From positions 19,650 to 83,649 of IMG/VR virus record IMGVR_UViG_3300028833_000124: DNA of 64,000 nt, one strand, 5' to 3'. Every line of letters begins with the position of its first letter. Position 1 is the stretch's first letter. Of the stretch, positions 52,569 through 62,310 are shown piece after piece. The translations under genes were made by a program, and so were the position numbers. Source of the stretch: a virus (taxonomy: Duplodnaviria > Caudoviricetes). A model generated the notes under the pieces. The model saw only the letters and a list, made by a program, of their open reading frames with translations, was not told where the DNA came from and ran no database searches.

Positions 52569-54317
52569 TCACCCTTTTGTAATAACCATCACAGATTTTT
52601 GACTTATACCATTAATATAATTCTTAAATTCAGATTTTGTACGATATTCAATATAACCACAATAACAACCATTGCAAGTTTGATTACCTAAACTGTTCTG
52701 AACGTTAATATTAGCATCATTAACTGCATTAACAACTTCATAATGGCCCCATTGGTTCCTATATAAATTATGTATTACACAGTCTTGATTTTTGGAAGCA
52801 AGGATTTTTTTAATTCCATCCCATCCCAGTTCACTGAAGTTATACCATTTTACAGATAATTTCACATTTAATTCTTTAGCTGCTTTTGCAACTGCAGTTT
52901 CTAATCCTGCATGAGAACTTCCTGCACTACCAGTTCCGGCCCAACCTGCTAATGTTGCTTGTGGAATTACTTTCCCAGTTAAGTTTCGGATACATTCCTG
53001 TAAACTATGAGGTCCACAGTAAACCCCATTGTTTTGACCCATATTATTACAGCCTGATTTAGTTGCATGGCCATATTTAGATTTAGTGGCATTTGATGAA
53101 GTTTTACTAGATGAAGATGATGTAGTTGTGAAGTTACTTGATTTAAAATTACAAGTTTCAGGAAAAGTATTCTTATGAGCATAATACCAAACAACAACCC
53201 TTGCCAATGCATCAATACTCACACGTGGCCTAACCTTTTTCTTAGACTTCACACTAGTCACATAATTTGGAGCTTGACCATTCTGTTTGATATACTGAAT
53301 GATTCTTTTGCATTGATCTTTAAAATCAGATTCAGAAATCTTTTCACTAATATTATCTCCAATTGCTTTTGTGCAAGCTTTAACAGATGGTACACTTGCT
53401 AAATTTTTATTTGGATTTCTAACGGCCCATGCTAAAATATACCATATTTGAGGCCAAGTATACTTCTTACCTGCTATTGTTATTGTTGATGGTATTTTCT
53501 TATTTTTTGCAACATATTCTTTAACAGTAGTAGCTATTGTTTTAATATTAGCAACTGTAAGCGCAACAGTAGTGGTTTTTTTATCTTGAAGTGATTTGAA
53601 ATTAACTGTTGGAGAAATACCATATCTGAATAAAATTACTCCTTTTGCACCATTACTTATACATGTTTTAGCATCAGTTAGTAATTCGCTTGCAGTTAAT
53701 TTAGTTGGATTATCATCTGATTTGTAGGTTTGTAATCCGCTCCAAATTTTTGCTTTTCCGCTGAAGAATTTGGTAGTTGATTTTAACCATGAGGTTCCGC
53801 CATTGTAGTTTCCTTTGTACTGCATAGGAATTACTGCATCTACAATTTTACCTAACGCTTCAACATCTTGTCCGTAATATTTTTTACATTCTGTTTCTGG
53901 CATTACTGCACAAGACAAGAACACTTTTGGATTTTGACTGCGAACTTTTTTAACAAAATTAGTTATTGCAGTTGATCCACCAGAAGTTTTGTATGCATTA
54001 CCAGGATAACGAAGATAATCTAAATGTATTCCGTTCACACCAGAAATTTTAGCATACTTTTTAATTTCATTTAATTTACTTGTTAAGTTAGCAGTTTTTG
54101 GATTAATCCATTTTCCATTATAGAAACATTGCACCCAAATATGCACATTAATATTTTGTGCTTTTGCTTTTTTAATCCATGCAGCAACTTTAGATTCTCC
54201 ATGAGTTTCAAAAGCATAATAGTTTAAGAATAAATCTGTTACTCCATTCTTTTTTAATGTTTCAAGATTTACTTTAAGCATGTCTGCTCCGAAGACCCAA
54301 TAACCAAAATTTTTCAT
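52569..54317 (-). CDS. Modular pseudomurein endolysin: glycoside hydrolase-like TIM barrel + pseudomurein-binding repeats + C39-like (PeiR-type) cysteine peptidase
   Basis: N-term 'GIHLDYLRYPG' and 'PMQY'; PMB-like 'VKEYVAKNKKIPSTITI', 'IIQYIKQNGQAPNYV'; C-term 'Q..GVYCGPHSLQ', 'WGHYEV', 'VQNSLG'. Confidence 0.8.
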   Translation of the reverse strand: MKNFGYWVFGADMLKVNLETLKKNGVTDLFLNYYAFETHGESKVAAWIKKAKAQNINVHIWVQCFYNGKWINPKTANLTSKLNEIKKYAKISGVNGIHLDYLRYPGNAYKTSGGSTAITNFVKKVRSQNPKVFLSCAVMPETECKKYYGQDVEALGKIVDAVIPMQYKGNYNGGTSWLKSTTKFFSGKAKIWSGLQTYKSDDNPTKLTASELLTDAKTCISNGAKGVILFRYGISPTVNFKSLQDKKTTTVALTVANIKTIATTVKEYVAKNKKIPSTITIAGKKYTWPQIWYILAWAVRNPNKNLASVPSVKACTKAIGDNISEKISESDFKDQCKRIIQYIKQNGQAPNYVTSVKSKKKVRPRVSIDALARVVVWYYAHKNTFPETCNFKSSNFTTTSSSSSKTSSNATKSKYGHATKSGCNNMGQNNGVYCGPHSLQECIRNLTGKVIPQATLAGWAGTGSAGSSHAGLETAVAKAAKELNVKLSVKWYNFSELGWDGIKKILASKNQDCVIHNLYRNQWGHYEVVNAVNDANINVQNSLGNQTCNGCYCGYIEYRTKSEFKNYINGISQKSVMVITKG

Positions 54318-54355
54318 TGTATTACATCTCCATCGAATTTATTTTTAGAATTATT

Positions 54356-54490
54356 TCATATAAAGTCAGATTTGCCGTCCTCTACGATACAACGATTTCG
54401 CACAAGATAACAGCATTTTTCAAGGTCATGGTCGCATGTTCTTCTGTAACAGCAACCATTGCAGAAGTCAGTTTTTTTAGTTGTCATCAT
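54356..54490 (-). CDS. 44-aa Cys-rich peptide; not in the ORF track
   Basis: MMTTKKTDFCNGCCYRRTCDHDLEKCCYLVRNRCIVEDGKSDFI* (7 Cys). Confidence 0.45.
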   Translation of the reverse strand: MMTTKKTDFCNGCCYRRTCDHDLEKCCYLVRNRCIVEDGKSDFI

Positions 54491-54521
54491 TAAAAAAAAA
54501 GATAAAATAAAAGTTTAAAAA

Positions 54522-56642
54522 TTAATAGGTTTTCACCCTTAAATTACGAATACAGGTACTACCATACTGAGATATAGTTAAACTATTAGCCATATTAGTA
54601 CGTCCACCAATAGTGACTTTAGAAGCTAATTCTAAATCTTCCCACATGTAAGTCACTCTGTTTTCATAGTCATCGTTTTTCCAAACGACCAAACAAGTGG
54701 ATGATTCTTTACGCACATGAACAGTATGCCAATCAACACTAGGATTACTACCATTTGCAACAATCTGCCCAGGCAATAAACTTGTTAAATGACCATTTTT
54801 AACATAATTAGTAACAGAACCACCATTTCGTGGAGTTCCTGTGATAGGTCCTTCCCAACCACTAATACCCCATCGGATATCGCCACCATCAAATGGATTA
54901 TCAGGATTAGTAATTAAAATTAAACCAGTATATCTTGTACCCCCATGATTGTAAGCTAAATCAAAAGTACATTCCCATAATCCAGTATTATCCCAACCTT
55001 CTGATAAGACTGCACCTTTAAAATAACCAATATTACTTTCCGAATCATACTGATAAGCATTACCATTACTACCCTGTTTAATAACAGCAGTATTGGCATT
55101 ATATTCTGGTTTATAAGTACAATCTTCTAAATGATATGAGATTGTTGGTAAATCTTCAAAACGACCTAAGAAATATACATCTCCTTTATTCTGAGAAGTA
55201 TGTTCAAGAGTAACTTCACCATTACTATCAGTTATAAAAGAATCATATAATGCGAAAGAATGTACTTCCATATTTTTAATGAGAATCTCATCATACAAGT
55301 AGAATAAATAGTATGGGAACCTGCCCTCATTTTTAATAGATTTAATTAATGTATTATCCACAAATATCTCTGTATAATAACCGTCATGAGTAATAGTAAG
55401 ATGGGAATTATTAGGAACATAATCCGATAATACTTCATTTTGAGCATACGTATAAACTTTAAGTTGACCTGTGATTTTAACAATATCCACATCTAATCGT
55501 GAAATTTCATTAGATAATGACCCTCCCAGTATAAATGATGAACCAGAAGATATAGAACGAATCCGTGTCCCTATATAACTCTTATATGCTTCAAGGTTGT
55601 ATGAATTAGTAATACGATCCACATTTAACTGAGATGAAGATAATTTCCTCTCAACTCTGAAGTTATCCACAGTAATATTCCCTCCACCTATGTTGAAACG
55701 GAATTTATAATATGGATCATCAGATTCGTAAACATCATATGTTTCACCATCAACATATAATGTAAACTTATGGATAGTATTGAATTTAACTTGAACATTG
55801 GAATTATTAAACGAGGATAAATTAATTTTATCATAATAAGAATTATCATCATTGAATACTTCAAGAAAAACCTTCTCCTGAACACTAATATCAGTTATGT
55901 CAAAATTAATAATCATATCTGAGTCTAATATAGTGTTACAAGTGTATGATGCTTGTTGTTCTCCACTGGCAGTAAAACCGTTTAATGTACGTGTTACAGT
56001 TAATGCTCCATATTCTGTGAAGAAATCAAAAGCATTAGATAATCCTTTTTTTATAATATTGTTTGATTTATAGATAGTGACCTCACTATCTCTGATTAAA
56101 TGATTATGCTTATGGAACGCACCAGTTACTGATGCAGTTTCATGGTTATCGTTTTCATCTAAACGATTATAACCTATGAATTCTGGTGTGCTGTTAAACC
56201 ATACACCATTACACCAGATAGTTGTACCATCTGCATCTAACTTGATAATTCGTTTATTTTCCACCATGAAATTATCAACAATTTTATTATCTAAAATAAG
56301 GTCAGCTTTAATGTTAAAAATAGCTGATACTGAGGAAGTGTACTCAGTTCCTCCAGTAGTGCCATAACCAATATTCACAGTAATAGCTGCATCTTTACTA
56401 CTAATTTCTGGGAGGTATACTTCACCACTTAAAGAACCATTAGCTCTGTAATTAATGCTTACAGGAGTGGGTTCTTCAACTAATAATGCTTCTATTTCAT
56501 TGATAATAACAGAATTAATCCAAAATCTCATATTATTACCAATAGTATTACGGATATTTACTGTGAATGGAACAGTACCTCCTTCAACAACATTACTGGA
56601 AGTTATACTCAATGTTGCCTGCAATTGTGTTACATCAGCCAT
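54522..56642 (-). CDS. Adhesin-like/tail-associated multidomain beta protein
   Basis: Ig-like segments ('ITDSNGEVTLEHTS'), internal repeated beta units, C-terminal lectin-like region; sits in the fibre/lysis module. Confidence 0.55.
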   Translation of the reverse strand: MADVTQLQATLSITSSNVVEGGTVPFTVNIRNTIGNNMRFWINSVIINEIEALLVEEPTPVSINYRANGSLSGEVYLPEISSKDAAITVNIGYGTTGGTEYTSSVSAIFNIKADLILDNKIVDNFMVENKRIIKLDADGTTIWCNGVWFNSTPEFIGYNRLDENDNHETASVTGAFHKHNHLIRDSEVTIYKSNNIIKKGLSNAFDFFTEYGALTVTRTLNGFTASGEQQASYTCNTILDSDMIINFDITDISVQEKVFLEVFNDDNSYYDKINLSSFNNSNVQVKFNTIHKFTLYVDGETYDVYESDDPYYKFRFNIGGGNITVDNFRVERKLSSSQLNVDRITNSYNLEAYKSYIGTRIRSISSGSSFILGGSLSNEISRLDVDIVKITGQLKVYTYAQNEVLSDYVPNNSHLTITHDGYYTEIFVDNTLIKSIKNEGRFPYYLFYLYDEILIKNMEVHSFALYDSFITDSNGEVTLEHTSQNKGDVYFLGRFEDLPTISYHLEDCTYKPEYNANTAVIKQGSNGNAYQYDSESNIGYFKGAVLSEGWDNTGLWECTFDLAYNHGGTRYTGLILITNPDNPFDGGDIRWGISGWEGPITGTPRNGGSVTNYVKNGHLTSLLPGQIVANGSNPSVDWHTVHVRKESSTCLVVWKNDDYENRVTYMWEDLELASKVTIGGRTNMANSLTISQYGSTCIRNLRVKTY

Positions 56643-56647
56643 ATTAT

Positions 56648-57589
56648 CTAACTTCCTGGTAATAATCTATAAGTTGATGTAGAATCATCACTAAAAGTGG
56701 CGGTTAATTCAACAAGAGAATCTTCAGTAGTTGTTAATTTACCATTACTACCTGTGACAACTGCTTTATTACTATCGGAACCTATTGCACCATTAAAATC
56801 AAGGTTTCCAATTTTTGAAGCAGTAACTATTTTACCATTATTCCCAGTAACAACAAACAAATTAGGATTACTACCAATAGCCCCTCCATTTGTGATGTTC
56901 CCATGGTCATGAATTGTTTCAGCTTTAATTTCATATAATTCTTCTAAAAAATTGTTTAAAGTATCATTTTTAGTTCCATTACTTCCTGAAATTTGATTAC
57001 CATTAAGAATGCTACTTATGTTTTCAGATGAATAAAATACAATCCAATTACTCCATCCAATAACATTTGTACTGTAATAACTACGATAAAAAATACTTCT
57101 AGTTGTACCATAAGTAAAAAATAGTTGCCCTATCCCGTTAGGTAATTCAAATACTCTTAACAATCCCCCATAAGTGGTTGGCTTATTTGTATTTCCAGAT
57201 TGATTACCATACCAGATAAAATAATCTCCAGGAGTAGTATAATCATTAAAATCTATATTAGATTGAACATTATGGTAACCATCAGTTTGAGTCCATTCAG
57301 CATCCCATTTATTAGAATCTAAATTATAATTACGGAAATAAGTATCTCTCGCATCATATCTCATCAAATACTGTCTAACAGAATGACTACGAATAACTAC
57401 TAATGAAAAAGCTTTAACAGTAGGACAATTAGTACATGCAGATGCAATAGCATTTGACTCACATCTATAAAATCCTTCAGTCTTATAATCATTTAGATCA
57501 ACAGCACTAGTAATCATAACAGATTTTGATATTTTATTATTTGCAGTTGATAATTCTTTTAAATCATAATCTGGCATTTTATAACTCAC
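56648..57589 (-). CDS. Tail fibre-type protein with two pyocin-knob-like repeats
   Basis: 'DLNDYKTEGFY...VRQY...TYFRNY...W' and 'DFNDYTTPGDY...GQLF...IFYRSY...WSNW'; C-terminal 'HDHGNITNGGAIG' and GxIV repeats. Confidence 0.65.
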   Translation of the reverse strand: MSYKMPDYDLKELSTANNKISKSVMITSAVDLNDYKTEGFYRCESNAIASACTNCPTVKAFSLVVIRSHSVRQYLMRYDARDTYFRNYNLDSNKWDAEWTQTDGYHNVQSNIDFNDYTTPGDYFIWYGNQSGNTNKPTTYGGLLRVFELPNGIGQLFFTYGTTRSIFYRSYYSTNVIGWSNWIVFYSSENISSILNGNQISGSNGTKNDTLNNFLEELYEIKAETIHDHGNITNGGAIGSNPNLFVVTGNNGKIVTASKIGNLDFNGAIGSDSNKAVVTGSNGKLTTTEDSLVELTATFSDDSTSTYRLLPGS

Positions 57590-57599
57590 CTTATTTTTT

Positions 57600-57866
57600 T
57601 TATTTGTTTATATGGTATTCAACAGATTCAGTTTCACCCGCACATTCAACACTAAAAGTGTAGGTTTTATCTTCTTCAAAACTTGTTCCTGCAATTGCAA
57701 CACCTTTATCATCAGTCATTGTGGTTGCAAAATGATTATCGTTAATGTAGAAGATTATTTGTTCATGTGGTGAACTTGTTTCCGCACGGATTTCTAAATA
57801 TTCAGTTTCAAATTCAGGTTCTAATTTTTTTGATATTTTTATTTTAATCGACATAGGTTTTTTCAC
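57600..57866 (-). CDS. Small Ig-like domain protein
   Basis: 'IIFYIN...TTMTDDKGVA...YTFSVECAG'. Confidence 0.55.
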   Translation of the reverse strand: MKKPMSIKIKISKKLEPEFETEYLEIRAETSSPHEQIIFYINDNHFATTMTDDKGVAIAGTSFEEDKTYTFSVECAGETESVEYHINK

Positions 57867-57920
57867 CTCGAATTATGGGTATAAGTCAACAGAAAAAATT
57901 GACTATAAACATGAAATTAT

Positions 57921-58337
57921 GTAAAAGATAAGAACAACTTATTAAGTCATAATGTATGGTCAGGTACGGATTATTCAAAATCAATAACAGGTTTTAAAGT
58001 TTCCAATAATGCAATTCTCTCAACCAGTAATGAATGGAGGATTAATGGCGAAAGAAGTTTAAAATGTGAATGCTCCCAGAATAATACTTTTGACGGAGTA
58101 AAAATTTTTTTAAAATTAGATAATATTGCTGTGACAGTGAAGTTAACAGTTTATAATCCTCAAGATAATGTAACTGTTAGATTACATAACCCCAATAACT
58201 ATGTTCAAACTATTCTGCCTCTGTCAGACACTCCGTTTGAAGTTGAATTATCTAATAATGATTGTACTTATTTGGAAATATTTAGTAGAGTTATACAAAC
58301 ATTCTATATAGATAATGTGCAAGTAAATATTCAGTAA
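57921..58337 (+). CDS. Cassette 1 (138 aa, no start codon), CBM-like domain
   Basis: VKDKNNLLSHNVWSGTDY...SNEWRINGERSLKC...FYIDNVQVNIQ*. Confidence 0.8.
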   Translation, partial: VKDKNNLLSHNVWSGTDYSKSITGFKVSNNAILSTSNEWRINGERSLKCECSQNNTFDGVKIFLKLDNIAVTVKLTVYNPQDNVTVRLHNPNNYVQTILPLSDTPFEVELSNNDCTYLEIFSRVIQTFYIDNVQVNIQ

Positions 58338-58816
58338 AAGAGAAACGAAATTTAATAGGATTCAATCTTTGGAGTGGAACAGATTATTTAAATGATATCT
58401 CAAAAGAACAAACAGAGAAAACAGATTTTTCATGCACACAAGGATTAAATGCTCTTGAATCATCAAAAGAATGGTCTTCAAATTATGAGAAAAGTATAAA
58501 ATCCAACTTATCTTCATCTAATTACATAGTATTTTTCCTATATGATTTTGATGCAAATTATTCATACACGGCAAGTGTTGACATCAAAGCAGAATGTAAC
58601 GGAGCACTATATTTCATAGCAAGAAATAATAATGCTGGAACAAATACAGTAGTGAAATCAGTAACATTTGCAGCATCTGAAAACACACAAACAATACAAT
58701 CAAAAATAGATTCCAATGAATTCAAAGGAAACGAAACACAATTACAAATAAGGATAGCACATAACTCCTCAGGAATAATTTACTCCGATAATTGGTGTTT
58801 ACTCACTAACGGTTAA
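58334..58816 (+). CDS. Cassette 2 (160 aa), ends at the tail-to-tail junction
   Basis: VKEKRNLIGFNLWSGTDY...SKEWSSNYEKSIK...IYSDNWCLLTNG*; absent from the track. Confidence 0.8.
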   Translation, partial: VKEKRNLIGFNLWSGTDYLNDISKEQTEKTDFSCTQGLNALESSKEWSSNYEKSIKSNLSSSNYIVFFLYDFDANYSYTASVDIKAECNGALYFIARNNNAGTNTVVKSVTFAASENTQTIQSKIDSNEFKGNETQLQIRIAHNSSGIIYSDNWCLLTNG

Positions 58817-59260
58817 AATCCAATTATCCGTATACACAACTGCATCTTCATGAGCATAATCTTTAGGTTCAACACGATACAATACATGAATAACATTTTC
58901 AGGTATGGATAAATTAATAGAATAAGTCCCCCATGTATTTATAGGCACATCTACATACCTCGGGATATACTGCGTAGTATAATAATAAATATAAAGTCGA
59001 CAGGCATAATTAGAGTAAATATCTGCCGAGAAGGTGATGTTTTTACCTACTTCATTAAAATCATTGGAACTACGATATTCCACATAATATACTTCTCCTA
59101 ACTTGCTTAGACTCATTTTTAAAGAAGTATCTCCAATGGTATGATACGAGGAGGACAATTCCCTATTTGCAGTGGCAGTTATTGTGAACTCATTAAAGTT
59201 TTGATTATAATCCCCACATGTCCAAATATTATGAGGGAATAGGTTAGTCTTATCTTTTAC
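58799..59260 (-). CDS. Cassette 3 (153 aa), ends at the tail-to-tail junction
   Basis: VKDKTNLFPHNIWTCGDY...IGDTSLK...VYTDNWILTVSE*. Confidence 0.8.
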   Translation of the reverse strand, partial: VKDKTNLFPHNIWTCGDYNQNFNEFTITATANRELSSSYHTIGDTSLKMSLSKLGEVYYVEYRSSNDFNEVGKNITFSADIYSNYACRLYIYYYTTQYIPRYVDVPINTWGTYSINLSIPENVIHVLYRVEPKDYAHEDAVVYTDNWILTVSE

Positions 59261-59697
59261 TGAACAATTATCTTAATGTTATCAATGTAACAATAAGCTC
59301 CAATTTCATTACTTGTTAAAAATATTGAATATCTTCCATTAGTTACTGTAATATCATTGGAAACAGAGTAATTATAGAAATTATCATTAATAGGGATTTC
59401 AGTAGTCTTATAACCTTTATTATATATTTGTATTGAAGTATTGTTATGAGGAGTGTAAATATCACATGAAAAAATAATTCGTTTACCTATATCTTGATCT
59501 GTTAATATTATTGGAGTAACACGGAAAATACAATTTCCGGCTAATGAAGTTTTAATTAATTTAAAAGAATATTCACCATTTGAATGATATGTTGATAATT
59601 CAATTTCACCATTCTCTACAGCAATATTATTTATATTCTTTAAATAGTCTCCTCCGCTCCAGAAGTTATAATCAGTTAGATTGTTCTTATCTTTTAC
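59257..59697 (-). CDS. Cassette 4 (146 aa)
   Basis: VKDKNNLTDYNFWSGGDY...NGEYSFKL...YIDNIKIIVQ*; absent from the track. Confidence 0.8.
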   Translation of the reverse strand, partial: VKDKNNLTDYNFWSGGDYLKNINNIAVENGEIELSTYHSNGEYSFKLIKTSLAGNCIFRVTPIILTDQDIGKRIIFSCDIYTPHNNTSIQIYNKGYKTTEIPINDNFYNYSVSNDITVTNGRYSIFLTSNEIGAYCYIDNIKIIVQ

Positions 59698-60131
59698 TGA
59701 CGAACTAATTTAAAATCATCAACATAAATATACTGTCCTATTTCAGTAGGGTTTATCCGTACACGAGTTTCTAAAAATGAAATTTCAGAAATAGTTAATG
59801 TAACAACAGATTTTTTTGGAGTATTAGATTTAGGAATCGTTATACTGGAAGCATTTCCATTAGTTCTATTATATAAAAGTAATTGAGCATTAGTTAATGG
59901 ATTAAAAATTGTAACTGATGATTCATATGTTCCAATTTCAGCATTATCGAATATTTCACCTATAAATTGATTATATACATTTACTTCAGTACTTATTCCT
60001 TTTAAACTATATTCTCCAATGCTTGCCCATTCATTTGAACGAACAATATCTGCTTTGGTTTCTGTATTATATTTAATTGCATAATCACAGCTCCATCTGT
60101 CAAAACTATAAAGATTGTCTTTATCTTTTAC
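59694..60131 (-). CDS. Cassette 5 (145 aa)
   Basis: VKDKDNLYSFDRWSCDY...SNEWASIGEYSLK...YVDDFKLVRQ*; absent from the track. Confidence 0.8.
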   Translation of the reverse strand, partial: VKDKDNLYSFDRWSCDYAIKYNTETKADIVRSNEWASIGEYSLKGISTEVNVYNQFIGEIFDNAEIGTYESSVTIFNPLTNAQLLLYNRTNGNASSITIPKSNTPKKSVVTLTISEISFLETRVRINPTEIGQYIYVDDFKLVRQ

Positions 60132-60583
60132 TGTTGCAATAATTGGAGATTATCTATGAAAACTGTACCATTTACACAAGGGAACATTAAAAGTAATCTA
60201 TTATAATCTTTTGGTATTGTTCCTGTAATTACTATTGACATTGTTTCCCCAGTTGTGCATGAAACACTACCTACTAATTGTTGATTTAATGTTGAACTTC
60301 CTTGCCGAGCAAATAACCTTACTGTTGATGTTTCACCATTATTTTTCAAGTTTACTGTGAATTTATATGTTGTTTCAGATAGTACATTAACTAGGGTATA
60401 GAAATATCGTGAGTCAACATTATTTTGAGTTAATGTGGTTGCTTTAAATGATTTATCACCATTGCTACACCATTCATTGCTAACTTCAACGGATACGCTT
60501 GAAGCATAGTTTAAGTAACTTGAATTCAGGTAATCTCCACCAGACCATATGTTGTAGTTTAATATGTTTGCGTTATCTTTTAC
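60128..60583 (-). CDS. Cassette 6 (151 aa)
   Basis: VKDNANILNYNIWSGGDY...SNEWCSNGDKSFK...FIDNLQLLQQ*. Confidence 0.8.
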   Translation of the reverse strand, partial: VKDNANILNYNIWSGGDYLNSSYLNYASSVSVEVSNEWCSNGDKSFKATTLTQNNVDSRYFYTLVNVLSETTYKFTVNLKNNGETSTVRLFARQGSSTLNQQLVGSVSCTTGETMSIVITGTIPKDYNRLLLMFPCVNGTVFIDNLQLLQQ

Positions 60584-61014
60584 GAAATTAGTTTTAAATT
60601 TATATCATCCATAAATACTATCCCTTCACTTAATAACACTATGTGAATGTCTACTCTTTGAATTTCATTGGTAAGTGGGATGTTAATTAATGGGTTGCTT
60701 TCACCTGCTGAATTTGATACGGAATATGATGTTGTTTCATTATTTGAATCAATTAATTGTATTCTAAACTGGTTAGTTGTATTGGAGTATATATTTGAGG
60801 ATATTTGAATGGTTTGGGATGATGATATTTTTTGTATGATTTGAAATCCTGCCCAATCCCATGTGTTCCCATTTAATTTTAAACTATACTCCCCATTGTA
60901 TGCCCATTCATTTGATATTTCAGCAGCACAATCGTTTCTCTTTGAAATGGGGATTGTGCCAAAATCTCCACAACTCCAAATATTATAATTTAGTAAATTA
61001 TTCTTATCTTTTAC
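60580..61014 (-). CDS. Cassette 7 (144 aa)
   Basis: VKDKNNLLNYNIWSCGDF...SNEWAYNGEYSLKL...FMDDINLKLIS*. Confidence 0.8.
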   Translation of the reverse strand, partial: VKDKNNLLNYNIWSCGDFGTIPISKRNDCAAEISNEWAYNGEYSLKLNGNTWDWAGFQIIQKISSSQTIQISSNIYSNTTNQFRIQLIDSNNETTSYSVSNSAGESNPLINIPLTNEIQRVDIHIVLLSEGIVFMDDINLKLIS

Positions 61015-61463
61015 TGAAATGTTAATCTCCAATTATCTATGTAAATGAAATCAGATGAATTAGCATTATTTTTAGTAATTCTATACCATTCTTGAGTAGC
61101 ATTTTCTGATATTTGTTTAGTAACTTGATATGTTCCTGGAGTATTTGCAGGGACCGTAATACTATTTGAATTGTAATTATTAGTTAAATCATAAATAATT
61201 AATCTGCAATTAGTATTAGAATAAATATCAACTGTTAGTGTAACAGTTTTACCAACTTCATTAAACCTATTATTTCCAACAATCTCAACGTACCATTCTG
61301 TACTAATATCCATAGGAGTCATTTTAATTGAAGAATTTCCTATAGTAGAATAATCCTTTGTACTAGATAAAGTTGCATTTATCATATGAAATTGAGATAA
61401 GGAGTTATTTATTTCACCAGCGCTCCAAACCTCATGAGAAAAAAGATTTTCTTTATCTTTTAC
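61011..61463 (-). CDS. Cassette 8 (150 aa)
   Basis: VKDKENLFSHEVWSAGE...IGNSSIK...YIDNWRLTFQ*. Confidence 0.8.
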   Translation of the reverse strand, partial: VKDKENLFSHEVWSAGEINNSLSQFHMINATLSSTKDYSTIGNSSIKMTPMDISTEWYVEIVGNNRFNEVGKTVTLTVDIYSNTNCRLIIYDLTNNYNSNSITVPANTPGTYQVTKQISENATQEWYRITKNNANSSDFIYIDNWRLTFQ

Positions 61464-61885
61464 GAAATTATAATATTATCCACATAACAAGAAACGCAAT
61501 CTCTAATAATTAATATTAATTGGAAATTTGATGTAGTTGAAATAATTTTAGAAATACTAATTTTCTGACTACCTTCTTTATTTGGAATAGTCACGTCATT
61601 ATATTGATTATTATCTACTTCTATTAATCTTAAATAAACATTACTTGTTGAATTATTCAACACATCTAATGTAGCAGAAATTTGTTGGTTACTTTGAAGA
61701 TCATCAAACCTATTTAATACACATGCACAATAACCATTAATGAGACCAGTTAATTTAAGACTTTGTTCTCCATTAGTAAACCAATCTTTAGATAATTCAT
61801 AATCCATATTATTAACTGTAAATAATGGATTATATTCCCCTCCGCTCCAAGCGGAAAATGATGCAAGATTATTTTTATCTTTTAC
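61460..61885 (-). CDS. Cassette 9 (141 aa)
   Basis: VKDKNNLASFSAWSGGEY...SKDWFTNGEQSLKL...YVDNIIIS*. Confidence 0.8.
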   Translation of the reverse strand, partial: VKDKNNLASFSAWSGGEYNPLFTVNNMDYELSKDWFTNGEQSLKLTGLINGYCACVLNRFDDLQSNQQISATLDVLNNSTSNVYLRLIEVDNNQYNDVTIPNKEGSQKISISKIISTTSNFQLILIIRDCVSCYVDNIIIS

Positions 61886-62310
61886 AGTATAGTTAAATTA
61901 AGATCATCAATATAACATGTTGTTGGATAGTTGGTTAATACGATTCTACAGATAACATAATCATAATCTGATGTTAAATTAGCTGTTAAATTAATTATTT
62001 GAGGATTGTTTGAAGGAGAAATTAATATGTTATTTAAAAGAACAGAGGAACTATTACTCATTCTAGCACCATTATATAATCTAACAGTATTATCTGTTAA
62101 AATTGTTATTTTAGTGTTAAATGAATTATTATTTGAATAAGGCACTTCAAATGTTAAATACTCCCATTCAGAAACATTATTTTTAATTAATTTTATACAG
62201 TAATCTCCATTACTGGACCATTCATTACTAATTTCCCCATAGGGTATGTTTAAGTTTAAATCACCACAAGACCATTGATTAAATGAAACTATCTTATTCT
62301 TATCTTTTAC
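61882..62310 (-). CDS. Cassette 10 (142 aa)
   Basis: VKDKNKIVSFNQWSCGD...SNEWSSNGDYCIKL...YIDDLNLTIL*. Confidence 0.8.
   Translation of the reverse strand, partial: VKDKNKIVSFNQWSCGDLNLNIPYGEISNEWSSNGDYCIKLIKNNVSEWEYLTFEVPYSNNNSFNTKITILTDNTVRLYNGARMSNSSSVLLNNILISPSNNPQIINLTANLTSDYDYVICRIVLTNYPTTCYIDDLNLTIL

Noticed and set aside
28-56912. Numerous short + strand (and some - strand) ORFs overlapping larger genes, e.g. 28-312, 119-316, 3493-3789, 11102-11569, 48177-48824, 45740-46153
   Set aside because: Antisense or alternate-frame shadows of well-supported genes, with atypical composition and no motifs.
60580-61032. ORF-track start MEINISVKDK suggesting an independent gene
   Set aside because: The ATG lies inside the previous cassette's last codons (TGG AGA TTA ACA TTT CAG TAA), has no SD, and has no equivalent in other cassettes.
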